Source: an uncultured Thiomicrospira sp. (lineage in GTDB: Bacteria; Pseudomonadota; Gammaproteobacteria; CAKMZV01). From it: DNA of 64,000 bases. Positions 9,180 to 19,600 of this stretch are shown piece after piece (position 1 is the first letter of the stretch; each line of letters opens with the position of its first letter). The stretch covers positions 1,632,001 through 1,696,000 of the forward strand of contig OZ239628.1 in the NCBI GenBank assembly GCA_965195345.1, written 5' to 3'. A program made the position numbers and the translations under genes. Below the pieces are notes generated by a model that was given only the letters and a program-made list of their open reading frames with translations, had not been told where the DNA came from and made no database searches.

Positions 9180-11081
9180 TTGATGCTTTTCGGTTCTTCA
9201 AACCAGCCACAAACGTCAATCATTAACCGTAACAGTTGGTGGCGTTATCTCGTTCTGCTATGCGTGCTTTCTATTGGCATTCTATATGCTTTGCCGAATA
9301 TCTTTGGCGATGACGTGGCGATACAAATTTCTGCTCAGCGAGGTGCTAATTTAGGGATAAGTCAATTAAACAAAATAACGTCCTCTCTTGAAGATGCTAA
9401 TATCCAATCTAAAAAAGCAGTTCTAAAAAATGAAAAAATAATCATTCATTTTTCAAATTCTGAGAACCAACTAAAAGCTAAGACTGTTATTGAAAAAACC
9501 TTGAAAAAAGGTTATGTTATTGCGCTTCATTTAGCATCAGCAGCGCCTGAATGGCTAAATAATTTAAATGCAAATCCTATGTACTTAGGTTTGGATTTAC
9601 GTGGCGGTGTTTATTTCCTTATGGAAGTTGATGTCGAAGCAGCCGTTAGCACTACCATTGATCGTAGACTTGGGGAAATTAGGCGTTTATTGCGCGATGA
9701 AACAATTCGTTACACTAACATTAGAAGAGAAGAAAATAATTTAATTGTGCAGCTACAATCCGCCGAAGCAATTGATAAAACAGTTGAGTTGTTAGAAACA
9801 GAATTTACAGACAATATAACCCGTGAAGTCGACATAAACGGTCAAAAAGCACTTATGATCACTTTCCGTGAAGATGCAATAAAAGACATCCAACGATTTG
9901 CAGTCAAACAGAATATCACCACTTTACGCAATCGTGTCAATGAACTTGGTGTTGCTGAACCAGTCATTCAACAGCAAGGCGCAAATCGCATAGTTGTTCA
10001 ATTACCAGGGGTTCAAGATACTGCTCGTGCGAAGGAAATACTTGGCGCCACCGCAACGTTAGAGTATCGATTGGTTGATGATTCCAAAGACCCTCGCAGA
10101 GCTGCCTCTACTGGATTCAGCCCTCCAGGCACTGAGTTGTATTATTTCCGTGATGGCACACCAATTTTATTAAAGAAACAAGTCATTGTTACAGGTGAAA
10201 GCGTTATAAACGCACGTTCTGGAATTGACCAGAACCATGGTTCTCCTATGGTATCCGTAACACTTGATTCAGCTGGTGGTAAGCGCATGCTCGCAATAAC
10301 CAAGCGTAATGTAAACCGTCGCATGGCGGTCGTATTCATTGAAACACAATTGGTTACTAACACGTCTGGCGATGCTACGGAACGTAAACGCATAGTTAAT
10401 AAATCGGTAATAAATGCCGCCACCATAGTTGATCAGTTTGCCAATCGCTTTCAAACAACAGGGCTTGACAATCCTCAGGAAGCTCGAGATCTTGCTTTAC
10501 TTTTACGTGCTGGTGCCTTAGCCGCTCCTTTAGATATCGTTGAAGAGCGCACCATTGGACCAAGTCTCGGAAAAGAGAACATTGATCAAGGGTTCTTTTC
10601 AGTCATCATCGGTTTGCTTCTCGTATTAGTAATTATGGTTGTGCGCTATAAAATATTCGGAGTAATTGCAAACATTGCTTTGTGCCTTAATCTAGTGTTG
10701 ATTGTTGCTGCTTTATCGCTCTTACAGGCAACACTTACGTTACCAGGCATTGCTGGCATCGTTCTTACTGTGGGTATGGCAGTAGATGCCAACGTTTTAA
10801 TTTTTGAACGCATACGTGAAGAATTAAGAGCAGGGCGAAGTGTTCAATTAGCAATTTCAGCTGGGTATGATCGAGCATTTGTCACCATTGCGGATGCAAA
10901 CATTACTACACTTATCGCTTCACTGGTATTATTTGGATTTGGTACGGGTCCAATAAAAGGATTTGCTGTAACACTGTCATTTGGAATAATCACCTCCATG
11001 TTTACTGCTATTATGATGTCACGCATCATTGTCAATTTTTTCTATGGCAATGACGTCAATCGCAAAAGCCTTGCAATTTAA
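9180..11081 (+). CDS. secD: Protein translocase subunit SecD
   Basis: LGLDLRGGVYF, LRNRVNELGVAEP, RTIGPSLG and GMAVDANVLIFERIREE motifs. Confidence 0.97.
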   Translation: MMLFGSSNQPQTSIINRNSWWRYLVLLCVLSIGILYALPNIFGDDVAIQISAQRGANLGISQLNKITSSLEDANIQSKKAVLKNEKIIIHFSNSENQLKAKTVIEKTLKKGYVIALHLASAAPEWLNNLNANPMYLGLDLRGGVYFLMEVDVEAAVSTTIDRRLGEIRRLLRDETIRYTNIRREENNLIVQLQSAEAIDKTVELLETEFTDNITREVDINGQKALMITFREDAIKDIQRFAVKQNITTLRNRVNELGVAEPVIQQQGANRIVVQLPGVQDTARAKEILGATATLEYRLVDDSKDPRRAASTGFSPPGTELYYFRDGTPILLKKQVIVTGESVINARSGIDQNHGSPMVSVTLDSAGGKRMLAITKRNVNRRMAVVFIETQLVTNTSGDATERKRIVNKSVINAATIVDQFANRFQTTGLDNPQEARDLALLLRAGALAAPLDIVEERTIGPSLGKENIDQGFFSVIIGLLLVLVIMVVRYKIFGVIANIALCLNLVLIVAALSLLQATLTLPGIAGIVLTVGMAVDANVLIFERIREELRAGRSVQLAISAGYDRAFVTIADANITTLIASLVLFGFGTGPIKGFAVTLSFGIITSMFTAIMMSRIIVNFFYGNDVNRKSLAI

Positions 11082-11089
11082 CATCCATC

Positions 11090-12070
11090 ATGACTGAAAC
11101 CATCACCAAATATGGAAAAATCCCTTTCTTAAAATGGCGCAAAGTTGCTGTGATTGCATCCATTGTCTTAATTTTAGGTTCTTTAGGGTCACTTTTTACA
11201 AAAGGGCTTAATTTGGGCATTGATTTCACAGGGGGAACGCTGGTTGAATTGGGCTATCCAGATGCTATAGAACCAAGTGTTCTACGTACTTCGTTTGATA
11301 ATGAAGGAATCGTAAATTATGAGGTTGCTTACTTTGGTTCTAATAAAGAAATATTGATTCGAGTAGCGCCTATCGATGGATTTAATAATGCGCAATTAAG
11401 CGAAAAAATACTGGAATTAGCGCGGAATATCGACTCGAATGTTGACTTGCGCCGTGTTGAGTTCGTTGGCCCTAAAGTGGGTGAAGAATTAACAACTGAT
11501 GGTGGACTCGCCATGTTGTATGCCCTTTTTGGAATATTAATATACATCGCCTTTCGATTTGAATGGCGTTTTGCTGTGGGATCAGTTGCGGCTCTAGTTC
11601 ATGATGTGATAATCACTTTAGGTATTTTTTCATTTCTTGGACTATCATTCGACTTAACCGTCCTCGCTGCAGTTTTAGCCGTCATAGGATATTCCTTGAA
11701 CGACACAATCGTTGTGTTTGATCGCATTCGTGAAAACTTCATCAATCTCCGCAAAGGCACTCCTGACGAAATCACTAACAAGTCACTGAATGACATGCTG
11801 GCCCGTACTTTGATGACTTCTTTGACCACATTGCTTGTTCTGTTTGCATTATTTTTCCTAGGAGGAGAAGTTATTCATCAGTTTGCTAGCGCTTTAATCA
11901 TCGGAGTCTTTGTTGGTACTTATTCATCTATTTACATTGCATCTTCATCAGCGATAGCATTAGGAGTCTCAAAGGAACACTTGATACCTGCGGTAAAAGA
12001 AGGGGACTCAGACAAAGATCACTCTTCAATTATCAATGAACAGTTACAGCGCAAAAAACGCAGACGCTAA
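11090..12070 (+). CDS. secF: Protein translocase subunit SecF
   Basis: GIDFTGGT, VGPKVG, HDVII and GYSLNDTIVVFDRIREN motifs. Confidence 0.97.
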   Translation: MTETITKYGKIPFLKWRKVAVIASIVLILGSLGSLFTKGLNLGIDFTGGTLVELGYPDAIEPSVLRTSFDNEGIVNYEVAYFGSNKEILIRVAPIDGFNNAQLSEKILELARNIDSNVDLRRVEFVGPKVGEELTTDGGLAMLYALFGILIYIAFRFEWRFAVGSVAALVHDVIITLGIFSFLGLSFDLTVLAAVLAVIGYSLNDTIVVFDRIRENFINLRKGTPDEITNKSLNDMLARTLMTSLTTLLVLFALFFLGGEVIHQFASALIIGVFVGTYSSIYIASSSAIALGVSKEHLIPAVKEGDSDKDHSSIINEQLQRKKRRR

Positions 12071-12105
12071 AAATTGTCAACACATCATCTAAAGACCCGC
12101 ACGAC

Positions 12106-13041
12106 ATGCAACATACAACTTTACCAGACGTAGCCTTAGATAACGTTTCTCACGATAGTGTAACTCAGATAAGTCAAGTAGGGATGTCGAACATTGAGAT
12201 ACCTTTGTCACTCCAGACATCTGCAGGCTTGCAAATATCAAATGCGAGAGCGGAAGCCACTGTAAATTTGATTGCTCCTAAAAAGGGCATACACATGTCG
12301 AGAATATATCAAGACTTAGTCGAACTGTTGCCTTCACAGCCTCTAACACTGAATCTGTTGTATACATTAACTCAGCAGTTTCTTAAATCGCACAAAGGGC
12401 TGAGCAATAATGCCTTTCTAAAACTTCATTTTGAGTTGCTTGAAAAACGTTGTTCTTTATTAAGTGATGGCTATGGCTGGCGATCTTACCCTGTTGAAAT
12501 AATAGCCAGCAATGTTGATGGGAAGTTTAGTGCCACCGTTAAAATTTCTTTTATATACTCATCAACTTGCCCATGTTCTGCCGCTCTATCCAGACAAAAA
12601 ATACAAGAAAAATTTGACACTGATTTCAATCAAAACTCTGTTGTAGATAAAAAAGAAGTTCTCGAATGGATTGAACAGCCAGAAAATATAAATGCAACGC
12701 CCCATAGCCAGAGAAGTACCGCTCTTTTCTCATTGCAGTTACTTGATAGTAATAACAGTGATCCTCTTCTTTTTGTAAATTTATGTTCAGAAATAGAATC
12801 GTTCATACCAACGACCGTTCAGACTATGGTCAAGCGTCAAGATGAACAATATTTTGCTCAATTAAACGCTTCAAACTTGATTTTTTGTGAAGATGCTGCT
12901 CGACAATTCAAATTGCGACTTGAAAAGTCTAAACTGAAGAGTATCCTTCGTTCTTTCAAAATACGGGTTGAGCACTTAGAAAGTTTGCATGCCCACGATG
13001 CTATCGCTGAAATTTCATCTGATGTCCCATTCGATACTTGA
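12106..13041 (+). CDS. folE2: GTP cyclohydrolase IB (Zn-independent type)
   Basis: LPDV, KGIHMSR, YSSTCPCSAAL, ATPHSQRS, VKRQDE, FCEDAAR and HLESLHAHDA motifs. Confidence 0.92.
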   Translation: MQHTTLPDVALDNVSHDSVTQISQVGMSNIEIPLSLQTSAGLQISNARAEATVNLIAPKKGIHMSRIYQDLVELLPSQPLTLNLLYTLTQQFLKSHKGLSNNAFLKLHFELLEKRCSLLSDGYGWRSYPVEIIASNVDGKFSATVKISFIYSSTCPCSAALSRQKIQEKFDTDFNQNSVVDKKEVLEWIEQPENINATPHSQRSTALFSLQLLDSNNSDPLLFVNLCSEIESFIPTTVQTMVKRQDEQYFAQLNASNLIFCEDAARQFKLRLEKSKLKSILRSFKIRVEHLESLHAHDAIAEISSDVPFDT

Positions 13042-13441
13042 AATACAAAAAAAAATCATTGAAGATTTTTCTTGGTTTGACAATTGGGAAGATAAATATC
13101 AATATATCATTGATTTAGGGAGAAAACTGCCGGTACTTGACAATTCTTTAAGAACCGAAAAAAATAAAATTAAAGGCTGCCAATCACAAGTTTGGTTAAC
13201 CTATTCAGTTGAAAAAAACCGGATATACTTTTCCGCCGCCAGTGATGCGGCAATTGTTTCTGGTTTAATTACCATTCTTTTGCAAGTATTTTCGGGACAA
13301 ACCGCTGAGGATATTACTGAAGCTCCCATCTCTTTCATAGATGAGATTGAGCTTTCTCAGCATTTGTCGCCTACGCGTAGTAACGGTTTGGCAGCAATGC
13401 TCACAAGAATAAGAGAAATTGCACAGAACAACTTATCATAA
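13022..13441 (+). CDS. sufE: SufE/CsdE sulfur-acceptor protein
   Basis: WEDKYQYIIDLG, GCQSQVW, SDAAIVSGL and LSPTRSNGL motifs. The ATG at 13022 is preferred over 12989. Confidence 0.9.
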   Translation: MSHSILEIQKKIIEDFSWFDNWEDKYQYIIDLGRKLPVLDNSLRTEKNKIKGCQSQVWLTYSVEKNRIYFSAASDAAIVSGLITILLQVFSGQTAEDITEAPISFIDEIELSQHLSPTRSNGLAAMLTRIREIAQNNLS

Positions 13442-13542
13442 TCTAGTATTAGGCAAGCACGACTTAAAATACAAGTTGTTTTAGTTCTGAAACTTTCTTT
13501 TCGCTAAAATATTTTAGTAGCTGGGAGCGATAGCAACTGAAA

Positions 13543-13571
13543 TTGACAGTTTTATTATTATTGTTAATAAT
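13543..13571 (+). promoter_or_regulatory. Putative sigma70 promoter for the lipoprotein/barrel pair
   Basis: TTGACA (13543-13548), 17-nt spacer, AATAAT (13566-13571). Confidence 0.4.
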
Positions 13572-13689
13572 CACGATTTTAAAATTATCTTTAGTTATAA
13601 TCACATGTGAGCATTTTTTTTATTTAAATTGGGTGATTGTGCAGTCTATGTGGTGTGCAAATTGCATTTAAGAAGCCCATAAAAGAAGG

Positions 13690-15123
13690 TTGATTATGAC
13701 TACTGCAACGTATAGGCTACTTATTGTTTTGTCTGCTTTATTGTCTCTTGGACTTGCTGGATGTGGCAGCAGTGATGGGGATTCGGGGACGAATACCAAT
13801 CGAACTATTTCAGGAATTGCAATTGATGGTCCTCTAAATTCTTCGGAAATTTTCATAGATCGAAATGGCAATGGAATCCATGATCGTGACAGCGAGTTTC
13901 CCACTCCAAGAACAACAGACTCTTCTGGCAATTTTAGCTTTAGTTTTACAGGCAATGGTCAGTTAACTGTTTCAGGTGGCATCGATGCTACTACTAATGC
14001 ACCCTTTCGTGGCATTGTTCAGCTAGATCCTAGTCAAACTGCAAATAATACAGTCGTCATTTCACCTCTATCAAGTCTTATACATAATGCAGGAACCGCT
14101 TCTTCTACAGTTATTTTCAACAATTTAGCAGGGCTTGATTTACAGCAAGTGTTATCCACTAACTTTTTAGTTGCCAATACTTTGGCTTCTACTCAACAAA
14201 GCACTCTTCTTGACTTAGCAGTGCGTTATCAAAAAATTTCAGAAACCTTAGCTCATGCAGTAATGGTGGATGGAAACACCACAGGAAATGCTATTATTCA
14301 TGCTTCTTCTGCGAATACCATGTTGGCATTGGCGTTAGGAAATGCAGCAAATAGCACCAATACTGAGGCAATATTTAATAGTGTAAACTTTACCTCTATT
14401 TCTTCCAGCCTCGGAATTTCAGCTGCAAGACAAGGAGTGTTGACTCAAAGAATTTCATCGTTTAACGACACGATTACTGACATTAGGAACACTACAGCAA
14501 ATGCAGACACGGTTATGCTAGCTGGGGAGTTGTTGACACAGACTATTATTGAAAATGTTTTTTCTACAAACACACAAATTCTCAGTAACGCAATTGACAT
14601 TGTCATGAATAGTACGCTCTCTGAAGTAGATGTTATTCAATTGGCAAATATAATAAATAATAATGCCGATTCGACCCAAACGGATCAGTTAGTCAATCAA
14701 GCAATGCGTATATCATTCCCTTCAACATTAACGGGTACGCTCGTAACTTTACGTGGTAGTGATGTTATTTCAAATGATCCTAGTGACACTTTTGACAATG
14801 ACGTTACCGTATATTTTGACGTAAATGGAACAAACTTTTCTTTATGCATTAGTGAAACTAATCCAAGCGACAACCTAATATTTAGCGGGACTTGGGAAAG
14901 AACATCAGATAGTTCGATTATTTTGACCTCTCAAGTAAGTTATACAATCTCACTTACTCCTCCCACCTCTAGTGATTTTATGTACACAGCTGGTTCGAAC
15001 CTTCCAATTGATGGAGACCCCGAATTGTTTCGTATAGGCATAAGAAATGCTAATGCTTTTAACCCCTTTACCACACTGCCTACAACCTCCTCTCAGTGCC
15101 CTACTATTCAGCCACGCACATAA
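13690..15123 (+). CDS. Uncharacterised Ser/Thr/Asn-rich lipoprotein (probable surface protein)
   Basis: Lipobox LAGC followed by a GSSDGDSG linker. G.AIDG.L...IFIDRNGNG.HD..E...TTDSSGNF resembles a Ca-binding beta-sandwich motif common in surface proteins. Two further Cys near the C-terminus. Confidence 0.8.
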   Translation: MIMTTATYRLLIVLSALLSLGLAGCGSSDGDSGTNTNRTISGIAIDGPLNSSEIFIDRNGNGIHDRDSEFPTPRTTDSSGNFSFSFTGNGQLTVSGGIDATTNAPFRGIVQLDPSQTANNTVVISPLSSLIHNAGTASSTVIFNNLAGLDLQQVLSTNFLVANTLASTQQSTLLDLAVRYQKISETLAHAVMVDGNTTGNAIIHASSANTMLALALGNAANSTNTEAIFNSVNFTSISSSLGISAARQGVLTQRISSFNDTITDIRNTTANADTVMLAGELLTQTIIENVFSTNTQILSNAIDIVMNSTLSEVDVIQLANIINNNADSTQTDQLVNQAMRISFPSTLTGTLVTLRGSDVISNDPSDTFDNDVTVYFDVNGTNFSLCISETNPSDNLIFSGTWERTSDSSIILTSQVSYTISLTPPTSSDFMYTAGSNLPIDGDPELFRIGIRNANAFNPFTTLPTTSSQCPTIQPRT

Positions 15124-15168
15124 GTAAGCGGATAGCCAAAAAACACAATAGGCATCATTTATTGGTTT

Positions 15169-16614
15169 ATGAATAATTATAAGGACAGTCTTATGTTACA
15201 TTGCTTTCGCGGGCTCATTACAGCATTCGTGCTATCATTTGCCACCTATTCAACTGCTAATACAGGGAGTTCTTTTCTAGGATCAAATATTACTTCAGGC
15301 GGTTCTTCTGACTTGATTAATGGAGCTAATATATTTGAAAACCCAGCAATGGGTGCGTATTCAGAAGAACGTTCAAAGCGTGATTTTTCAATGGCAATTA
15401 ATCTGAGTGGATATTTCGAACTTCGAGGAATTCAGAGTGCGGATCAATCTATAAGTCAATTACAAACCGAATTAGATTCTGCTGACACTGATTCTGATGC
15501 ACTCAATTCAACTGTAGAGATTGTTAATACTTTTCTAGCCAATGATCTTTTTCGAGCAAAAGAAGTATTTAACGGGAATTTTTTATTTAGTTTTTCCCTA
15601 GGAAGCTATGGAAACCTTAGCTTTCACTACGGTAGAACGCTTTTCTCTAGCCAACGTATCTTATCGCAAAATGGTGTTCAATTCAGCCAAACGGCACTAA
15701 GCAATTTAATTCAAGACTCCGTCCAGAATAATACGGAAATCGATAGAGATGACATAGTTGATACTCTAGCCATTGATGCTGGATTATATTTAAAATACGC
15801 TTTTGTCGATGAATTTTCTCTTGATTATTCGTATCCCATCGGGAATTTTTCTAGCCTTGGTGGTGCCGATATTTTCATCGGTACAAGGTTGAAGTTACTA
15901 GCCGTTACCCTAGAAAAAGAAGTTCGAGCTTTTAGGCGCTTGATTGTTGATGAGTCAGCAGCTGAGCAAGAAATTCGAGATGCTTTTAATTCAGTTCGTG
16001 ATTCTGCCTCATCACAAAACGCATTTAGCCCAGATGCTGTCGCTCTCGACTTTGGAATAGTGTTTGACTGGGAATGGAGCAGTCTTGGTTTCAGTGCATT
16101 TAACATCAATACTCCAAGCCTTGACTACCCTGCTATTGGGTTAAATTGCTCTGGTGCTGATGTCGACTGCTTTCTTGCAGAATCGTTCAGCGATCAGATT
16201 GCTTTACAAGAAACCTATGTGATTGATTCACGTTATCGAATTGAAGGGGGAGTACATTCCTTCTCCAGACGTTGGAACTTATTATTCTCTTACGACTTAA
16301 AAGAATTCAATGATCCAGTTGCAGAAACTTACCAATGGTCAAATATTGTTTTTCAATTTGTTCCATCGCCAATCATCGGTGATTACGGGTTGAATTGGAT
16401 TCCCTCGCTACGCTTTAGCTACAATAAAAATCTCGCTGGACTTGAAAACGAATACTATGCTGTAGGAACAACTTGGGGATTCGTTACTTTTGATCTGGCC
16501 TTCACAGATTTTGCAACGGTTTCTAGTGCAATTTCTGGAGAACCTACTACTGAAGATTTTGGAGATGAACTTCATACTTTAGCTGTCAATGTTGGCTTGG
16601 ACTTATCTTTTTAA
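15169..16614 (+). CDS. Outer-membrane beta-barrel protein, TraF_2/FadL-like
   Basis: Signal peptide, N-terminal NPA motif (ENPAMG), amphipathic strands (ALDFGIVF, LGFSAFNINTP), a Cys-pair loop, and a C-terminal beta-signal VNVGLDLSF. Confidence 0.65.
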   Translation: MNNYKDSLMLHCFRGLITAFVLSFATYSTANTGSSFLGSNITSGGSSDLINGANIFENPAMGAYSEERSKRDFSMAINLSGYFELRGIQSADQSISQLQTELDSADTDSDALNSTVEIVNTFLANDLFRAKEVFNGNFLFSFSLGSYGNLSFHYGRTLFSSQRILSQNGVQFSQTALSNLIQDSVQNNTEIDRDDIVDTLAIDAGLYLKYAFVDEFSLDYSYPIGNFSSLGGADIFIGTRLKLLAVTLEKEVRAFRRLIVDESAAEQEIRDAFNSVRDSASSQNAFSPDAVALDFGIVFDWEWSSLGFSAFNINTPSLDYPAIGLNCSGADVDCFLAESFSDQIALQETYVIDSRYRIEGGVHSFSRRWNLLFSYDLKEFNDPVAETYQWSNIVFQFVPSPIIGDYGLNWIPSLRFSYNKNLAGLENEYYAVGTTWGFVTFDLAFTDFATVSSAISGEPTTEDFGDELHTLAVNVGLDLSF

Positions 16615-16687
16615 ATTATCCAAACACCATTAGTAAATAAAAAAATCAGCCAAGCGTTTCATCCAGTCTCAACCAAGCTGCAATTCT

Positions 16688-19600
16688 TCAACTAACAAAC
16701 ATTCGCGCATTTTGAAACAAACGTAACCATGGAGCTGAAGCGTTTTGATCATTCCATTCTTTTGGACACCAAGAATAGTTGATTGATCGAAAAACACGTT
16801 CAGGGTGTGGCATACATATCAAAACACGTCCATCTTCTGTTGTTAACCCTGTTATTCCAAGTTCTGATCCGTTAGGATTCGCTGGATATTCTTCAGCTTC
16901 CCTACCTTGATGATCAACATATTGCATTGTGATTATTTGCTTCTGTTTTGCTTTTTCCAAATCAGCTTCACTGTCAAACTGTGCACGCCCTTCGCCGTGA
17001 GCAATCGGTATCATAATCTTAGAGCCGACCATGCCATTCATCATGACACTTGGGTTTGGCGGTATACAAACCATGCTCAAGCGGGCTTCAAACTGTTCTG
17101 ACTGATTTCTCCTAAACGTTGCCCAATGATCAGCACCCGGAATAATCTGCTTTAATTGGGTTAGCATCTGACAACCATTGCACGCACCAAAGGTGAAAGT
17201 AGTCAAACGATTGAAAAAAAGTTCAAATTCAGAAAGAACTTTTTGGTTATATAAAATTGACTTTGCCCAACCTTGACCAGCACCTAGAACATCTCCGTAG
17301 GAAAACCCTCCACACACTGCTAACCCCACACACTCTTGTAATATCTTTGAACCACTCAAAAGATCACTCATATGCGCATCCACACATGCAAACCCCGCTG
17401 CATGAAAGGCCGCTGCCATCTCACTTTGCCCATTGACACCTTGTTCGCGTAATATCGCGACTTTGGGCAACGCATTAGTATTGATATTAAAAACTGTATT
17501 TGGATCAAAGGTTAGAGCGGGGCTTAGCCCTAAATTATCTAACTGACAACAAGCATCGTATTGTTGTTTCGCACAATCTGCATTATCGCGTCGCACGCTC
17601 ATCTCAAAAGAAACACTGCTCCAAGATCGACGTAATACTGTTAATGATTCTTCAAAAACTTTTGTCCCTCTATTCGAAACAACCACATTCCGGTCAGAGC
17701 TTATATTACCTATATTACTAATTAAAAGTTCAAGATCGTATTTTTTACTTAATTCATTTATTACACTTTGCTTATTTTTAGCCACTTGGAAAACCACACC
17801 AAGTTCTTCATTAAATAATGTATCAACTAATTCCTCCGTTTCAAGAGTAATTTCCAATCCAACATTCCCAGCAAATGCCATCTCTACTACTGTTGCTATC
17901 AATCCGCCATCGGAACGATCGTGCAAGGACATTAGTAGACCATCTGAGCGCAATCGATTGATGAACGAATGTAGGTTAATCAAGGTGCTCGGCGTATCTA
18001 AATCTGGCGTTTCATCTCCAAGTTGTCCGGTCACTTCTGCAAGCACTGAACAGCCCAAACGTTTTTTCCCAAGATCTATTAGCCAAAGATTACTTTCCAA
18101 ATCATCTACTAATTGTGGTCCAACATAACTTCGTACGTCTTTGACACAAGCAAATCCACTAATAATCAATGAGACGGGAGAGCTCACTTTTTTCTTGACG
18201 TTTTCTTCAACCCATTGTTGTTCCATCGACATAGAGTCTTTACCTACAGGTATGGCGACGCCTAATTCAGGGCACAATTCAATGCCAATCGCTTTAACCG
18301 CATCGAATAAGGCAACGCTATCAGAACAATGATTGATAGCAGCCATCCAATTTGCAGATAATTTAATGTCTCCAAGCTTTGCTATAGGAGCACCAAGCAG
18401 ATTGGTGATACATTCTCCAACCGCGATTCGAGCTGAGGCTGCAGAATCAATAGCAGCTAATGGCGTGCGTTCCCCGATAGCCATTGCCTCTCCAGCAAAA
18501 CCTTTATAATCTCGAAGCGTTAAAGCATAATCACTCACCGGAACCTGCCAAGGGCCAACCATTTGATCTTGCACGACCAAACCTCCCACACTCCGATCAC
18601 CGATAGTAATCAAAAACGTTTTATCCGCCACCACAGGATGCGCCAAAACAGCATGAACTAACGTATGCAGATCAACTGAACTGAAATCAAGCTTTTGTTT
18701 TTTATTATTAGAGCGTTTTTCTATGCGTTTATATTGTGGAGGATTACCCAATAAATCAGATAGAGGCATGTCAACGACTGCATCTTCAAACAAAGCATCA
18801 TTAACAACCAACTGGTTACTATCATCTGCCTTGCCCACAACGGAATAAGGGCAGCGCTCTCGCTGGCATATCTCTTGAAAGACGCCCAAACTCTTAGCAT
18901 CAATCGCCAATACATAACGCTCTTGAGATTCATTGCACCATATCTCAGCTGCTGACATTTCACTGTCATCAACCAACACGTCGCGCAGTTGAATGGTACC
19001 TCCTCGCCCCGCATCATGAATCAGCTCAGGAAATGCATTTGACAGCCCACCTGCCCCCACATCATGAATAGAAAGGATGGGGTTTTTATCTTCCATCCAG
19101 CTGCATCGGTTAATAACTTCTTGACACCGCCTTTGCATTTCTGGATTATCACGTTGCACTGAAGCAAAGTCCAATGATTCATCTTTTTTTCCACTACTGT
19201 AACTTGAGTTTGCTCCTCCGCCCATTCCTATTAGTTGAGCAGCGCCACCCAAAACGATCAAACAAGACTCAGCAGGAAACGCAATTTTTTCAACTTGCTC
19301 ACCGCTAATATTACCCAAACCTCCAGCAAGCATAATTGGCTTGTGATACCCTAAGTAACTGATCTCATCCTCTGCATTCTTGACCTTTGCTTGCCAAGCA
19401 CGAAAATAGCCACATATGCATGGACGTCCAAATTCATTGTTGTATCGAGCGGCACCTACGGGTGCTTGCATCATAATTTCAAAAGCAGAGGCTGTATGCG
19501 TTGGTTTACCAAAGTTATATTCCCAAGATTTTTCAGCATTTGGAATATTCAAACTGGATACGCTAAAACCAACCAACCCAGCTTTCGGTGTTGAGCCTCT

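Noticed and set aside
15169-16614. Conjugative element suggested by the TraF-like barrel
   Set aside because: No relaxase, T4SS, integrase or att repeats nearby; the flanks are sufE and purL.
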